Origin: Eledone cirrhosa | Taxonomy: Eukaryota | Assembly (NCBI GenBank): GCA_964016885.1 | Contig: OZ024741.1 | Span: 284,332,001-284,396,000, forward strand | Direction of reading: 5' to 3' | DNA: 64,000 bases | Part shown: positions 28,906 to 42,710 of the stretch, piece after piece | How positions within the stretch are numbered: the first letter of the stretch is position 1 | Layout: each line of letters opens with the position of its first letter | Program-made: the position numbers and the translations under genes | The notes under the pieces: model-generated | What the model was told of the DNA's origin: nothing | The model's database searches: none | The model's input: only the letters and a program-made list of their open reading frames with translations

Positions 28906-29130
28906 TTAACCCTTTAGCAATTACATTACTCTATATTTGCTATATTTTCATGGTAAAGGCTTTATCTCAGATAATATCTCACATAATATTGAATCTATGG
29001 GATTTTGATATTATTTATTTTGAGAACAATACCTTAACATCAGTATGAGTGGCTGGTCACAGGCAGTTTGAACAGGAAGAGGTGAGAGAATTCTGGCCGT
29101 CTACAGCCGGTTCAAATGCTAAATGGATAA
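28906..29130. mobile_element. Possible piggyBac-type MITE remnant
   Basis: ttaa-ccctttagca ... tgctaaatgg-ataa; degenerate terminal inverted repeats. Confidence 0.35.
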
Positions 29131-30399
29131 GTTAATTACATAAATTTGAATAAAATTATGATCCTTTAAGGTTCAGTGACAACCTCTCTGAAGTCTGCAC
29201 CCTGCGTGACTGTTTAGTTGACCTAAATGGTAGCATCAGTCCTGAATACTAAATCCATTCAAACAGCTACATGCTTTTATACAAAATTGAAAGATAAATG
29301 TTATTTATTCTGATATTTATCCAATCTTCTTTTTCTTTTTCTTTTTCTTTTTCTTTTTCTTTTTCTTCTTCTTCTTGAGAGGGTCGTGGGAGCAGAGTCA
29401 TCAAACACTCCTTCCAGTGGGTCCTGTCAGAAGCAACCATCTCCAACTAATCTGTTGCATTGCCAAGTGAAACAGTCCCTGTAGCCATCTTTTAGCTTAC
29501 CTCCAGCTTTGTGAGGTGTTTAGTAGCTTAATTTCAGTCCAACCACTGTGTTGAACATCGTCGATTTTTGTATAGGATCCACTTTTTATTGCATGTCACA
29601 ATTTGGTAAAAAAGAAAATGGCTTGTTTTTGTTTCACAAAAGAAGCAAAAGGCTGATTTCAAAACTGCAATTTTTCTAGTTTTCACTCACTTCACATTCA
29701 CATGGTACTCAGTTTTTCTCCAATGCAGTTCAAATATAAAAAAATTGATCCAATGCTTACTGCTAGCTCTCTTGTAAGTTCTCAAACAGTTGTGTGGGGA
29801 TTTTCTTCCACTAAAGCCTTCTATTAATCATCATAAATGGCAGAAGGACATCCACAACCTTTCTCAACTTTAAGAGTAAATTCCTCACGGTGGAATTTTT
29901 GAAAATGTCATTGCACTGTGCATTCTTTAAAACTTCCTTGGCACCAAACTTCATTGATACTTCTAACCATTTTTGTTGCACTGCAAACAAGTTTGAATTC
30001 ATAGAAATAAATTTGACAAAATCCTGTTTTGATATCTTAACTTGAAAGAGCTGAAAATTGACAAATATGTAATTTACATTAAAAATAGCAAACTGAATGA
30101 GCATAAAATAAGCTTTAAAATGATACATTATTTTACACACTTTGCATGAGTTTTTATTTTAAAAAAATGCTGAAACAAATAAAAACATACAACCTGTATT
30201 AATTTCTGAATAACTTAGCAGTTCAGTTGATCCCTCATATTCTATCCACATAATATTGTATTCATTTATTCTTTTACTTGCTGCCATGTTGGGACACTAC
30301 TGTTATGTAGGATAGACAAGGTGCTAAAATCTCTATATATAGTGTTGGATGATAATCTCTCTCTCTCTATCTATCTATCTATATCAATTCTTTCCTTGT

Positions 30400-30960
30400 C
30401 TAATATTCAGGTCCCAGTAAGGACTGCTACATCAATGTTGAAGCGTGCAAACTCCTTGCAGACAAAAGCAGTTCTCCGTTCAGGTCTTGTGCCATCTTGA
30501 AGATCGAGGGGCATTCTCACATTCCATGTGCCAAAAGTCTGAGTGGAGTGGTTGAGATAATTGAAAGATTTCAAGGGAGGGAAATTTTGAGAAGAAGACT
30601 TGAGGAGGAGAAAAGTCTTTGAGTACCAAAGCCTTGGCTGCAAATTATTTGAGGTGGTCCATAGCTCGCCACTCCATGGCACACACACTTCAGCTGACAC
30701 CATCTGCTGCGCCAAACCTGGACTTGAGAGGCAGGTTCATAATGACAGCTTGCATCGGGCTGCCGACTTGTTCCCATATGTAGAATGTCATCTTGACAAC
30801 CTACCTGCCGGGCATCAGATCGTGCTTAGTCTGATCTCTTCCTTGAATCCTTAGCACTATGGGTGGCACTACCAGGAGACAGAGCACCCAACATCTTTGC
30901 ATTGAAGTTCCTCGAGACATGCAAGCTCTTCCAGCATGACACAGTGATGATCCACAGAGG
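30400..30960 (-). mobile_element. RTE (BovB-like) LINE 5' end with endonuclease start
   Basis: TFGTWNVR..RPERRTAFVCKEFARFNIDVAVL, a typical RTE endonuclease N-terminus. Confidence 0.75.
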
Positions 30961-31185
30961 AGTATATTCTGTAGTACAATATATATATATATACAGACAA
31001 GGTACTAACATATATCTATATATACAGTGTTGGCTGATAATCTATATATAAAGAGAATTGAAATAGAAATAGAAGCATCACTGTAACATTAACTACATAA
31101 TATAGTCTAATAATGGGGTATATAAACCCACTGAATGAGAAAAAGATGGAGTACAGTATATGTGTGCTGATATCCATCTTTTTCC

Positions 31186-31365
31186 GGTGGATTGGCAGTA
31201 TCGATAGAGGGTCGGACGCCATGCTTTGCAGCGCAGCATTACGTCTCTTTATGGTCTGAGTCCAAATCTCACCGAGGTTAACTTTGCCTTTCATCCTTAC
31301 GGGGTCGATAAAATAAAGCACCAGTAATGCACTGTGATAATTGCTGGCCAAAAGTAGGAACAATT
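31186..31365 (+). mobile_element. tRNA-derived SINE
   Basis: Matches 53159-53347 along its length. Confidence 0.9.
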
Positions 31366-31914
31366 CTAAAGCTTTGCTCGCTACATTCCAAACATATTTC
31401 CTTTGTTTCCTTATATATATACATATATATATATATGCTATACTATAGTACAGTATAGCACTGGTAATGCATTAGTTATTTATTAATTTTTCATGATAAA
31501 AGACCAGCTCTATTCAGTTGTTGTTATTTAGCCAGCCCCATCACTTGAATTATCTCCTTTATGCTCCAAACAGTAAAATTTGACCATTTGATTAATGCCT
31601 CATGAAACCAGGGTAAACATAGGCCTGATACACCTCTAGGCTCAAGAAACATTTTAAAACATACTTATTGAAAATCATGCTTTTGTAAAAAAAGTTTTAT
31701 GCTAATCAAATGCCAGCTAATTTAAAGATTTTGTTACCATATTTCTAATGAAAGACTGTCCCTTACGATTTTACAATAATTTTGGAAGTAATCAAGAATT
31801 TGAAGGGATTTAGTAAAATAACTTTCTCACTATCAAGCTGTTGTTTTGAACATAGCTTAACAAACATTCTTACAAATGATTATGATGAAACATTTTTAGA
31901 TTAATATAAACACA

Positions 31915-32394
31915 TCTAAACTATAATAAAGTAAGGAGTGCGGGACTGCGTATGGTTTATTTCTTTTAATCCAGTTATTAAAATAAGTTGGATTACTTTG
32001 AATAAATAATGAATGAATATTACATAATTTATCTACTAAATTTCGTAGCTGTTGATTAAATATATTTTATTACTTATTTAAAAATTTACTTCTTTAAAAT
32101 TTTCAAATTTCAACACTTCTGGTTAGCGATCGCTTAAATAAACATTCATATATTTCCGTCACTAATTTTCTCCTAATGCAGTTTATATATAATACCGTCT
32201 TTTTTTAATGTATCATGGATTACGTTACTTATTACATAAGACAGTGTAACGCAGTCTTCATTCAATTTCTGTGTATATTGTCAATTACAATTTTATTTGT
32301 ATCATATGTACATGTATATATACTTGTGTATAATATCAATATACACACTACACATGCCAGCAGAAAACCACCCGAACGGTGGTTTTTCTGCTAG
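31915..32394 (+). mobile_element. Non-autonomous Helitron (480 bp)
   Basis: A|TCTAAACTATAATAAA 5' end; subterminal hairpin gcagaaaaccacc-cgaac-ggtggtttttctgc; 3' CTAG|T; no TSD. Confidence 0.8.
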
Positions 32395-32474
32395 TTAAAA
32401 TAAACAATGTTGTAGTGGAAAACCAGAAGTGGTTTGATGTCAAAAGGGTTCATGGTTTCTTCTAACTTTTGCAG

Positions 32475-32567
32475 ATGATGAAATTACTACTTATAACTTC
32501 CAAGATGATTATCATGTATATTATATCAGTATAAGCAATGTTACTGAGCCATTGATGAATATCATTG
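32475..32567 (+). CDS. Host gene exon B (phase 1-1), F-type lectin/discoidin-like N-half
   Basis: ttttgcag|...|gtaagg; 93 nt; DEITTYNFQDDYHVYYISISNVTEPLMNII. Confidence 0.75.
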
Positions 32568-33194
32568 GTAAGGATAAATAAAATTTCAGTAAATCATCAT
32601 CATCATTTTACACCTGTCTTTTTATGTTTGCATGGGTTGGACAAGTTTTCTTCTCTAGCATAGTTTCCTTCCCCTTGTCTTATTATCTCCTCCGTGATGT
32701 TCAGCATTTTGAAATCAACTCTCATCCCCCCTACCTTTGTCTTCTTCTTCAGTGTTCTTCATCTTCTGTAGTTTCCTTCCACTGAGATCCTATGGCAATT
32801 CTTCACACAATGATCATCATCCATGTGAATTATGTATTCATGCCATCACAGTAAATTGCCTGTGACATTCATGTGCATATAGCTGAGCATTTTACAGAAA
32901 CCTTCACTCTTAACATAGTTCTCAGGGCTATCAACATGATACAATGTGTGACAACGCTGGCTCTTTTAATTACAATGGCAACTAATTCTTTTCTAGCTGA
33001 TTAAACAGGAATAATGTAAAATAATGTGTCTTGCTCAAAGACACAATGCACAGCCATGACTCAAACTTACAACCTTTTCAATAGCATCTCCCCGAAATAC
33101 ATTAGTACTTCATTATTTTGCAGTACTGGGCAAAATTCCTGCTCTGTCCCCCCCCCCCTCCCTGTTATGAGTATGTCCAGAAGAGGCTTACATT

Positions 33195-33358
33195 TGCTTC
33201 CCACTTATCTTTGACCCTTGATCATACACTTACTCCCATTTGTTTCTGACTTACGCCTACTCCCACTTGTCTCTGACCCTCAGATATACACTTACTTTCG
33301 TTTGCTTTCGAGACTCGGTCATACATGTACTCCCACTTCTCTCTGACCCTCAGACATA
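33195..33358. repeat. Degenerate ~35-bp minisatellite
   Basis: Repeated ctcccactt..tctgaccct..catacacttac units. Confidence 0.6.
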
Positions 33359-33413
33359 AAGATAGATATGATTTAGGTTATTAATGACACATTTCTTGAA
33401 TGTTAATCCATAG

Positions 33414-33590
33414 ACTTTTCGATCGGCACTGGTGATGATAGGAGAAACTGTACTTACATACCATCCGACCCAGTAAAGAATAATACCACAGATGATATCC
33501 TCTGTGAGCCGAACACAACTGGTAGACATCTGCAGACAAGATTACAAAAAACAGTTATAATCAATATTTATGGCATCTACCTATATGGTG
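33414..33590 (+). CDS. Host gene exon C (phase 1-1), F-type lectin/discoidin-like C-half
   Basis: ccatag|...|gtaagt; 177 nt; FSIGTGDDRRNCTYIPSDPVKNNTTDDILCEPNTTGRHLQTRLQKTVIINIYGIYLYG, fitting the F.I..G..C..C..GR.V..VYG pattern. Confidence 0.8.
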
Positions 33591-35355
33591 GTAAGTACCA
33601 AGATCAACTAATGGGTGATGATGATGGCAATAGTTATATGCTGGTTGTGTGATGGTAGTATGATGGTGGTATGTTAGTGGTATGGTGATGATGTGGTGAT
33701 AATCTGGTGGTATGGAGGTGGTGTGATGGTATGCTGGTGGTATGCTAGTGGTATGGTGGTGATATAGTGATGGTGTGGTGGTATGCTGGTGGTAAGTATC
33801 AAAATGAACTCAGTGTGGTGTTGATGATGGCAATGGTTATATGCTGGTTGTATGGTGGTGATACGGTAGTGATGGTGAAGTTTTCAGGTAGTAATATAGT
33901 GAAGGAGTATAGCCTAGTGGTTAGTGGTCTGTTAATATTTGTTACTGAGGGACTGTTACATGCTGTTACTAGTATGGTGAAAGATTGATGTGACAGGGGA
34001 AGGGGTTGAAATACCTGAAAGACTAAAGGTTAATTCTGACTATGGGGTCAGGCGAGAGAAGAGTGATAGGCTGATTTTAGTATATATAGGCCAAGATAGC
34101 TTTTTTCTGGTCAAAGTTAGGGTCTAGAAGTTGATTATGCAATGATTTATTTATTTATTATTTAATGTGTCCACACAATACAATAAAATGCAAGTAAATC
34201 TATTCCACATGCTGCCACCATAAATCAAACTTAAGGGTCAGCCTGTCTTGTGGTCCTGGCTGACAGGATGTAGAAGACATTGCCCTGGAGGATGGTGAGG
34301 GAGTCGTGCTGGAACACCCATTCTACCTTGTGACACTCGCACTTTCATGTAGCCATCTTCACTCCAATACCAGTGAGTAGGGATATGGTTCAGGATCCAA
34401 GAACACCGGAAGTCTTCACTGCCACATGTTCCACCACAAACCTATCAAAAAGTGGACAATCTCAATCTTTTGTAGCCTAGATGGTGAGATAAGTTAGTCA
34501 TGGGGTCTGTGATTTACTTACAAACTGTTAAGGTTTGGCAGGGTTGTTATAACATTGGATATTTCTTCCATGTCTCTGCATTTTCAGTTCAAATACTGCA
34601 AAGCTCAACTTTGTCTTTCATTCTTTCAGGGTCAATAAAGAAAGTACCAGCTCAGTGCTGGTGCAGCCCTCCCTTCTTCCAGTCATCACTTCCTGGATGT
34701 TCAGCAGGATCAAGGGTAGGTGGGTTGAGAGGGTGTTTGTGTTTGCTCATGACTGCATAGGGATCTAAAATATTTTGCAGACGCGTGGTACAGACAACCA
34801 AGTCATACCCGATTACCAGTGATGGCTCTAGTTTAGTTTTAGACCTGTAAACATGCAAACTTACAAGTGTGTGGGAAGGGTAGTTTTTTCAAGATGGCAT
34901 TGTAGAAGTATTTCCATGTTAGAGTGGCGGTGGTGGTAGAATGGTAGTAGTGAAGAACTTCCCTGCACTAGTACTATGTTTTATTAACCTCAAAAGAATG
35001 AAAGCAGAGTTGACCACAAAATCTCAATGTCCCACATTTATTTCACTACAATATTCAGTTTATCATAACATTAAAGAATGTAAAACAATCAGATGCTTAA
35101 CATTTTGTGTACCATTTATAAATTTGTTATCAATCTTGCCATTTGAAATAAGTATTTTTAAGCTCAGTAAAAATTTCTGAAAACGTGTACTTGGGTATAT
35201 GTATATAAGACCCTCCCTCTGCCCTTTTTGGCCTTAATTTTAGTTTTAAAATTCTCATATTTTATATGAGAAAATATGGTACTATGAGATACTACAAATT
35301 GAACTTTCTATTTTGACTTATATATGTACCTGTTTTGCTATATTTCCTTCAACAG

Positions 35356-35537
35356 TCATTAAAATCTACTTCGATCATCCAAATGTTTCATCTGCCTCTA
35401 TGTCAGTGTATTTTGGGACACAGCTGGTCATAGAGAAAACAGTCGCGAGCTCTGAGAAACTTTGCTTGAACAGAAACACAGCCCAAGACACAGAGCTTTA
35501 TATTTATGTAGATATTGCTTCCTGTGCATCTACAAAT
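35356..35537 (+). CDS. Host gene exon D (phase 1-0)
   Basis: ccttcaacag|...|gtgagt; 182 nt, inside ORF 35313-35585; IKIYFDHPNVSSASMSVYFGTQLVIEKTVASSEKLCLNRNTAQDTELYIYVDIASCASTN. Confidence 0.75.
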
Positions 35538-35859
35538 GTGAGTATACTTTCTCCTGCCCATATCATTACCAGGGCCAGTGCCTAAGCAGCCTAAGCTCAC
35601 ATTTTCCCAGCTATGCACCCCAATTAAAACATACACAGCAAAAAATGTTTAATGATTCATTTATCAGAAATTATTATATATCTAATTTAATTATGCAAAT
35701 TTGTATAAAGCTGTGATCCTTTAAAGTTCAATTATGCATACCCCTGAGGGCAATAAATAAATCATTAAATATCTTTGCCACATATATTTTATTTGGGAGA
35801 ATGTGGCATAACTGAGAAAACATGATACATAATTGGGAGAGTGGAGTGCATATTGTAGA

Positions 35860-36025
35860 GCTAGCTTAGAGTGTTAAATACCCAGACACTGGCCCTGTTT
35901 CTATCTAGCTGCATTGTATGTGCCTAGCTTAGATTACTAAATACTAGCCCTGTCTTTATCTAGTTTAGATTGTCTCTACCTAGCTTAGATTGCTAAATAT
36001 CCAGACACTGGCCCTGTCTCTACAC
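35860..36025. repeat. ~58-bp minisatellite, 3 units
   Basis: ctagcttaga..taaata..ccagacactggccctgt repeated. Confidence 0.65.
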
Positions 36026-36769
36026 AGCTCCAACAGTTGTTCCCAAAATGTTATTTTCAAATCGAAATGAGTTCAATTTCATAGAATTTTCAGAAATTCA
36101 AAAATAATGCTTCCTCTCCTATGATATACACTCAAAGTCTCAATCTATGCACAAGAGCTTTTGCTATTCAAACACTAATAAAACTTCCAAATATGGGCAC
36201 TAATATTTTTGTTCCTGTAATTGTTATATTTCCCTATATCTATCTTAACAAAATATGGTGAGTAGAAAAACTGCAATCAACTGAAATTCTCCTTGCAATT
36301 TGAAGACAATATCTCCTTTTAGATGTGTTCAAATCTAAAAAATCTGCAACCCAGTTGTGGTCTCAGAGTGATCGCAAAACTCAAGTAGCAATAGAGATAT
36401 AGTAATGTAATACAAATTATATATATATATATATATTATATATATATGGTGGAGATGATGAAGGAACGTGACAAGTGGAGAGATGCTGTGCTGAATAAGA
36501 CCCATCCCATCCTTGCAAGCAGGGAAAAGCGGACATAAAATGATGATGATGATGATGATGATGATGATATATATACACATAAATGTATATTTTTGAAGAG
36601 TGTGGGCTTGCAAACTATACACATTTATTTTATAGCTACAATATTGCTGCAAAAAGAACATTTATAAATTTGTATGTGGTCAGAAATTGAAATAAGAAGA
36701 TGCATGTTTATATGTATATTTGGCTTGTTTGCTTTTTGTTCATTCATTATTAGAAAGATGAATAACAGA

Positions 36770-39130
36770 CGATAGTGATCTCATTATCATGGCTTTTCTA
36801 GGAGGTTATGGATATGGTTCAAGAAATGAAAAGGGGTCTAGGCTTCTGGAATTCTATGATGTTCTTGACCTAACCCTTTGTAACACAAACTACAGTAAAC
36901 CAGTCAGTCCTGGTTACCTACTAATCAGAGGGGCATACAAGCCAAATAAACTTTTTTTCATTTGGAAACAGGATAGGCAAATGGTTGTAAATACCAAGTG
37001 CTTTCTTGGGGAAGAATGAACCTCCCAATATAAGAGTAAGGACTACTTGGACTAAGAGATAAAAGCCAGTCTGAAGAAGGAAGACATGTAAGCTGAGAGA
37101 AACCTCAGCAGATAACAAATTCAGAGAAATCTTGCTTGATGCCTATAATAGTAAAGAAGAGGAGATGGAGACTTATAACAAAGAAAAATTGGGAATTTAT
37201 ATGGGAAAACCTGTTAAAAGCCATAAACCAGGTTTGTGGTTGGAGCAAGGTCCCAGCTAAATGGAGGGTGATATGATGGTGGAATGGCAGGATAGATAAA
37301 GCCATAATGGAAAAAAACAAGCCTGGAAAAACTAGAGAAAATAGGTAATACCTAACAGCTAGAAGAGAAGCCAGGTGCCAAATATATTTAGTAAGAGGAG
37401 AGGCAGAAAAGAAGTTTACACATGTTCTTCATTTCAAATTGCAAGACAGTGTGCTAGAAAAAAATCATCTTGTTGCTGGGGAAAAGTGTGTTTGAAATGG
37501 CAGTGGAACACTTTCCTGCTCTGATGCTGAAAAGAAAGAAGCATGGAAGTCTTACTACGAGAGACTGTTGAACAAAGAAGGGCAGTAAGAGCCTGCCCCA
37601 TATAGCTCCAACTAAAGGATCAGCAATAAAAGTTGAGAGCAGTTTGGTAAATAAAGCAATAAAGAGCAATTAAGGACATGAAAATAGAGAAAGAAGCTGG
37701 ATTGTCTAGTCAAATTGCCAAGACACTAAAAACATCTGGCTATGAACTAGTTAGAGGCATATTTAATAAAGTACTACAGACCAGGTCATGAAAGTTGCTG
37801 ACAGGGTTATAGCATAGCTAATTAGGAACAAAACCATGCTAGATGAGGTGCAGTTTGGCTTTATGCCCCCTTTCTGGTGAGATAATTGCAGAAGTACTTA
37901 ACTAAGAGTAGGCTACTCTACCTAGCGTTTGTAGATCCAGAGAAGACTTTCAACAAGGTCCCCACTCTGTAATCTGGTAGGCACTTAGGAAGTTATAGAT
38001 GAATGGCTTGTGAGAGCCATATAAGCAATGTATAAAGGTATAACCTGCAACGTGAGAGCTAGTAAGAGTACACTGATGAATCTGAAGTGCAGGTGAGGTT
38101 CCACCAGAACTCAGTCCTTAGTCCATTTCTGTTTATTATTCTCTTTCAAGTCATTACTGAGGAGTTTAAAACTGGCACCTCGAGGGAGCTCTTGCATGCT
38201 GAAGGCCTAGCCCTTATAGCTGGATCTATGGGAGAGTTAGAGGTAAAATTCCAAGCATGGAAGAAAAAAAACGAGTTAAAAGGCTTAAAAGTAAATTTAG
38301 CAAATATTAAAGTCATAATAAGTAGGAAAGAGGACAGTGGCCTTATTCAATAAGCCAGAAAGGGATAGGCAGAAATTCCATAATGGATGCACTAGAGATA
38401 CAGCAGGATTACAGACAGGCTGCAAAGCAAGATAGATTTTGTATGTGACAGATGCACAAGAAGAGTAAGCACTAAGAGCACATGGGAAATAGATTCCCTT
38501 AATTGCCAGGGAGGTTCATCAGAAGTTGTTGACAGCTTTTGTTGCCAAGGTGACCTAATCAGCAGTTGGGGAGGATGCTCTGAAAGTATGATAGCCAGGG
38601 TAAGAACAGACTATAAGAAGTTTAGAGAGGTGGTACCTCTGCTGACAGCAAAAGGCTTCTCTCAGAGTGAAGAGTAGAATTTACAATGCCTGCAGAAAAA
38701 CTGTCATTCTACACTTTGTAAGGTTGTTGATGATAGGAAAGGCACCCCACTGTAGAAACAAAGTCAAAAAGGGCCGAAAGACCTTTCAGTTGTGTCAAAA
38801 GCATGACAACCTCAGGGTGTTGGTGATCTACAGGATAAATGCACTCAGTACACACTGTAAAGTAGTTGGTGATAGGAAGGGTATCTGGCCATAGAAAACC
38901 TGCTAAACAAAGTGTCAGGAGGACTTTTCAGCTGTGTCAAAGACATGACAGTCTCCCTAATGGGGGTGATATGATAAAATGCACTTGATACAGCATGCAA
39001 TTGTTTGTAAGTAAGGTGCAGACCCCCAGTCCATCTGTGAGGTCAATAGCCTCACTTGAAACTGACTTTGACTGTGGAGACCTGTCCAACCCTTGCTAAC
39101 AGGAAAAACACATTAAATAATGATGATGGT
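36770..39130 (+). mobile_element. Decayed RTE LINE with 3' tail
   Basis: GGYGYGSRNEKGSRLLEF, HQNSVLSPFLF, ELLHAEGLALIA, GLKVN; (gat)n tail. Confidence 0.8.
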
Positions 39131-39278
39131 TATGATACACACACACATGCATATGTGTGTGTGTATGTGTGTCTGTGTGTATCATCATGTATATATATAT
39201 AAAAACAGACATTAAATGATGATAATGATGATGATACATCATCATCGTTTAACGTCTATCTTCCATGCTAGCATGGGT

Positions 39279-39309
<31 letters not shown>

Positions 39310-39344
39310 GGGTGTGAATATATGTATTCTTATATTTGTTTCAG

Positions 39345-39432
39345 ATAAATGTTAAGAGTTACAGTCAAATCGCAAACTCGATATTTATGAAAAGTACTAG
39401 AACTATGAACAGTTGTAGACTGAGATTTTATG
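39345..39432 (+). CDS. Host gene exon E (phase 0-1)
   Basis: ttgtttcag|...|gtaggt; 88 nt; only frame 0 is open: INVKSYSQIANSIFMKSTRTMNSCRLRFY. Confidence 0.7.
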
Positions 39433-40465
39433 GTAGGTATAATAGAAACCATTTTGTCATAGTTTTTCCTTCTTATACTTCATATATCAATTGATGCTGA
39501 ATATGATAAAAAAAAAAGCATTCCCTTTGGATACACAAGGTCTAACCCTCTGCATAGCACTTTCAGCAAATATCTTCTACCATAGATTTGGGTTGGTTAA
39601 TGCTTTATGAGTAACATATGCTGTATAATTTTTATGAAGGTCTTACAGCTGACCCAAAACACATACACTACTTGTAGTTTACTTCCATTTAAGGCAGTGA
39701 ATTAGCAGTGTCATTAGTAATTCAGATTTTAAATGCTTCAGTATTTATTCTGATTCGCTGTACTCTGAGTTCAAATCATGCTGTTCTAAGTAACTGAGCT
39801 ATATCTGTGTGCTGAGGATAAGATGCTCCTGTAATTCCCAGACACCCTGATAAGAGCGTATATTTATGTATGCTGTACTTTTTCATCTACTTTAGACATT
39901 AAAAAACAAAAAGAACCATGCAGAAACTGAAATAAAACTTACACACAGGCATCCTTTCCACATTAAAGATATTTTACTCTCTAAGTGACATGCAATTATC
40001 ATTTTCTTTTGTTAATATTTAGTAAGGAGAGATGAGGCAATATCCATGACTCAAACTAGAGATCTGCTCCAAATGCTTGCAAAAGAGTGGGTTCCTTTAA
40101 TGGCACCTGAAATCCATATGATAATCAAGCTAAACCAGGTGGTGATTAAGAAAAAATACCAAAAGGCATCTCGTTCATTATTCTAACAATTCCCTCAAGT
40201 CCACCATACCTGAACTGGTGATTTATTTTATCTACCTCTGAAAGAATAAAAGGCAAAGTTAGACTCAGTGGCATTTGAACTCAGAATGCAGAAAACAAAA
40301 GCAAATACTGCAAGACATTTTGTCTGATGTAATGCCTGAACCAATTCTCCACTTCTTATATGCCACCTCTATTACTTAGTTCACTATCACCTATTCTCAC
40401 TTCTATCAATAACAGCAAACATTGTAAGGCTTTTTTTGGTTGTCTTTATTGCCATTTAATTGTAG

Positions 40466-40671
40466 ATAATGATTGGCTAGCATCAATAAAAATAAATTCC
40501 AGTTCGAATTCCGTACAGAATAATATTTCACTTCTGCTTTCATCGAAGTATGAACTGACAGAAATGCGGCTTGGATATACAGAGATTTTCTTTCTTCCTG
40601 GAGGGAATTGTAACCTTACAAATAACTTATTCATAGAAACGGCCAATAATTCAACTTGGATTCTAGATGAG
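40466..40671 (+). CDS. Host gene exon F (phase 1-0), degenerate PLAT-like N-part
   Basis: aattgtag|...|gtaact; 206 nt; NDWLASIKINSSSNSVQNNISLLLSSKYELTEMRLGYTEIFFLPGGNCNLTNNLFIETANNSTWILDE. Confidence 0.75.
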
Positions 40672-41808
40672 GTAACTACAACATTCTTTTTATTGTAATA
40701 TTTCAAATTACAAAATTGTAACTAATTTAAGGACTTTATGTTATTGTTGTTTAATGTTGTAAATTGTTATTGCGGGTTGTGTTGTTGTTTTTGTTGTGGG
40801 TTGATGTTACTGATACAGACTTTGATGGAAGAATAGAACTTTCTAATGCACATTTTGCTTTTTAAGTAGTTTAAAAGAGATTTAGCTGTTAAATTTAGCA
40901 GGTAAAGAAACAACATAGACTTGATGTCTAATTCTCGCACAATGTACAGTTTTCCCATGATGTCTAGTTCTCCCATCATGTCTAATTCTCCATAGACGGC
41001 TTGTTTTTATCCACATTTCACATTTATAATTATCATTATGTAGAAATTTAAGCTTGATATTAACTACATCAACTTTATAAGTTGGTGTGAACCCAACAAA
41101 ATCATGGCTACCCTCACTGTTTCATAGAATAAATAATTATTTCTAATTTTGGCATATGAAGGGTGATGGGAAAAGTCAGTTGAATTGATCCTAGTATTTG
41201 ATTGCTACTTTGTTTTATCAACCCTGAAAAACTTGATGTTAGCAGGATTTGAACTCAGAATGTAAAGATTTGGAACAAATACTTCTATGCATTCATGTTT
41301 TTCATTGATAACATATTTCATATACTGTGAAGGTCTGTGGCTTTGTGATTAGGGTGTTATTGTGGCATGTTGTGTCCTTGAGCAAGGCACTATTTCTCAT
41401 TACTCCAATTCACTCAGCTGGAAAAGTATGAGTTGTGCCTGTAATAAAAAGACCAGCTTTACCACACACTGTGTGATTCTAAATCCCCCTGAGAATTACA
41501 TGTCTGTGGAATGCTTAGGCTCACATGTCTGTGGAATGCTTCGGCTTAGGTATGTTAGTTGCATGAGCTGGCTGTCTCATCAAATAACTAGAACACTGAT
41601 GGAGGTCCAATATTTTACATACTGTATTTCAAGTTTATCTATTTTCATATATTTCACAACATTGTAATATTCCCTATATTTCACATTTATCTATTTATAT
41701 ATATTTCCTGATATTGTCATGTCATATATTTTATATATTATAGTACACTTGGTATGTTTTACCTAGTTTATATATTTCTATATAATTCACAATATTATCT
41801 ATTATCAG

Positions 41809-41899
41809 TTGAAAATCTCCAGTGAAATCTGCAACAGATCATTTAAATTTGTGCATGGTGAATATCTCACGAAACAAATCTATTACATTTATCCTGAAG
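41809..41899 (+). CDS. Host gene exon G (phase 0-1), PLAT-like C-part
   Basis: attatcag|...|gtaaga; 91 nt; LKISSEICNRSFKFVHGEYLTKQIYYIYPE. Confidence 0.78.
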
Positions 41900-42349
41900 G
41901 TAAGAAATATTAAATACAATATATACAAAGAACATATATTTAGAAATCAGTGAATTTAAAAATTGAATTAGATTTTGCCATAATTATGACTAAATAAAAT
42001 AGTACAATGGGACATATAAACCCACTGAATGGAAAAAATGGGTATCAGCACATGTGTGCCAATAGTCAGAGTTACTGCAAAATCCTCTAATTAAATTTAG
42101 AAAATATACAACTTTTTGTATAGAGGCATGCTGATGGAAAAGGTTTAGGCATGTTTTTTGCATGAGCCCCAACTTACTAGCAAAAGCAGCACTTTACTGG
42201 ATGCCAGTGAACTATAGATAAAGAGCTGAAATATGGGGTGTCCTTCAAGACAGCCCTCAAAATGGCAAAAGATAAGGTTCAATGTGTGGGACAGGTAAAA
42301 CATTGATGAGGTGAATGAGAGGCTGGGTATAAGAGGAATCAGATTTTCT

Positions 42350-42710
42350 AAACATCATCATCGTCATTATCATTACTACCACTTTACCATGCTTGCATGG
42401 GTCAGATGGTTCTTCCCAGCATAGCATCTTTTCATTCATCTCAGTCCTTCATCATCTCCTCTGTGAGATTCAGTGATTTGAGATCAGCCCATGTCTTCTT
42501 CAGTCTCCCTCTACTGTAGCTCCCTTCCACTGGGATTTCTTGGCACTTCTTCACCCAACGATCATCATCCATACACATCAAATGACCATACCAGTGTAGT
42601 CTTCTTTCCTGCACACTACATCTGATTTCTCTTGTATCCAGCCTCTCTTTCATCTCATCTATGTTTTGCTTTTCACAAACAATAACAATGCACATTCATT
42701 GGAGCATGCT
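42350..42710 (-). mobile_element. RTE LINE 3' fragment
   Basis: ORF 42441-42695: QERRLHWYGHLMCMDDDRWVKKC..RGRLKKTW. Confidence 0.8.

Noticed and set aside
33458-33529. Apparent minus-strand exon (ctgcag|...|gtaagt), open in all frames
   Set aside because: Lies inside + strand exon C, which has domain-like motifs and fits the phase chain; no partner minus-strand exons found.
36094-36257. Candidate + exon ending in gtgagt
   Set aside because: The only open frame is phase 0-2, incompatible with exons D-E, and shows no recognisable motif.
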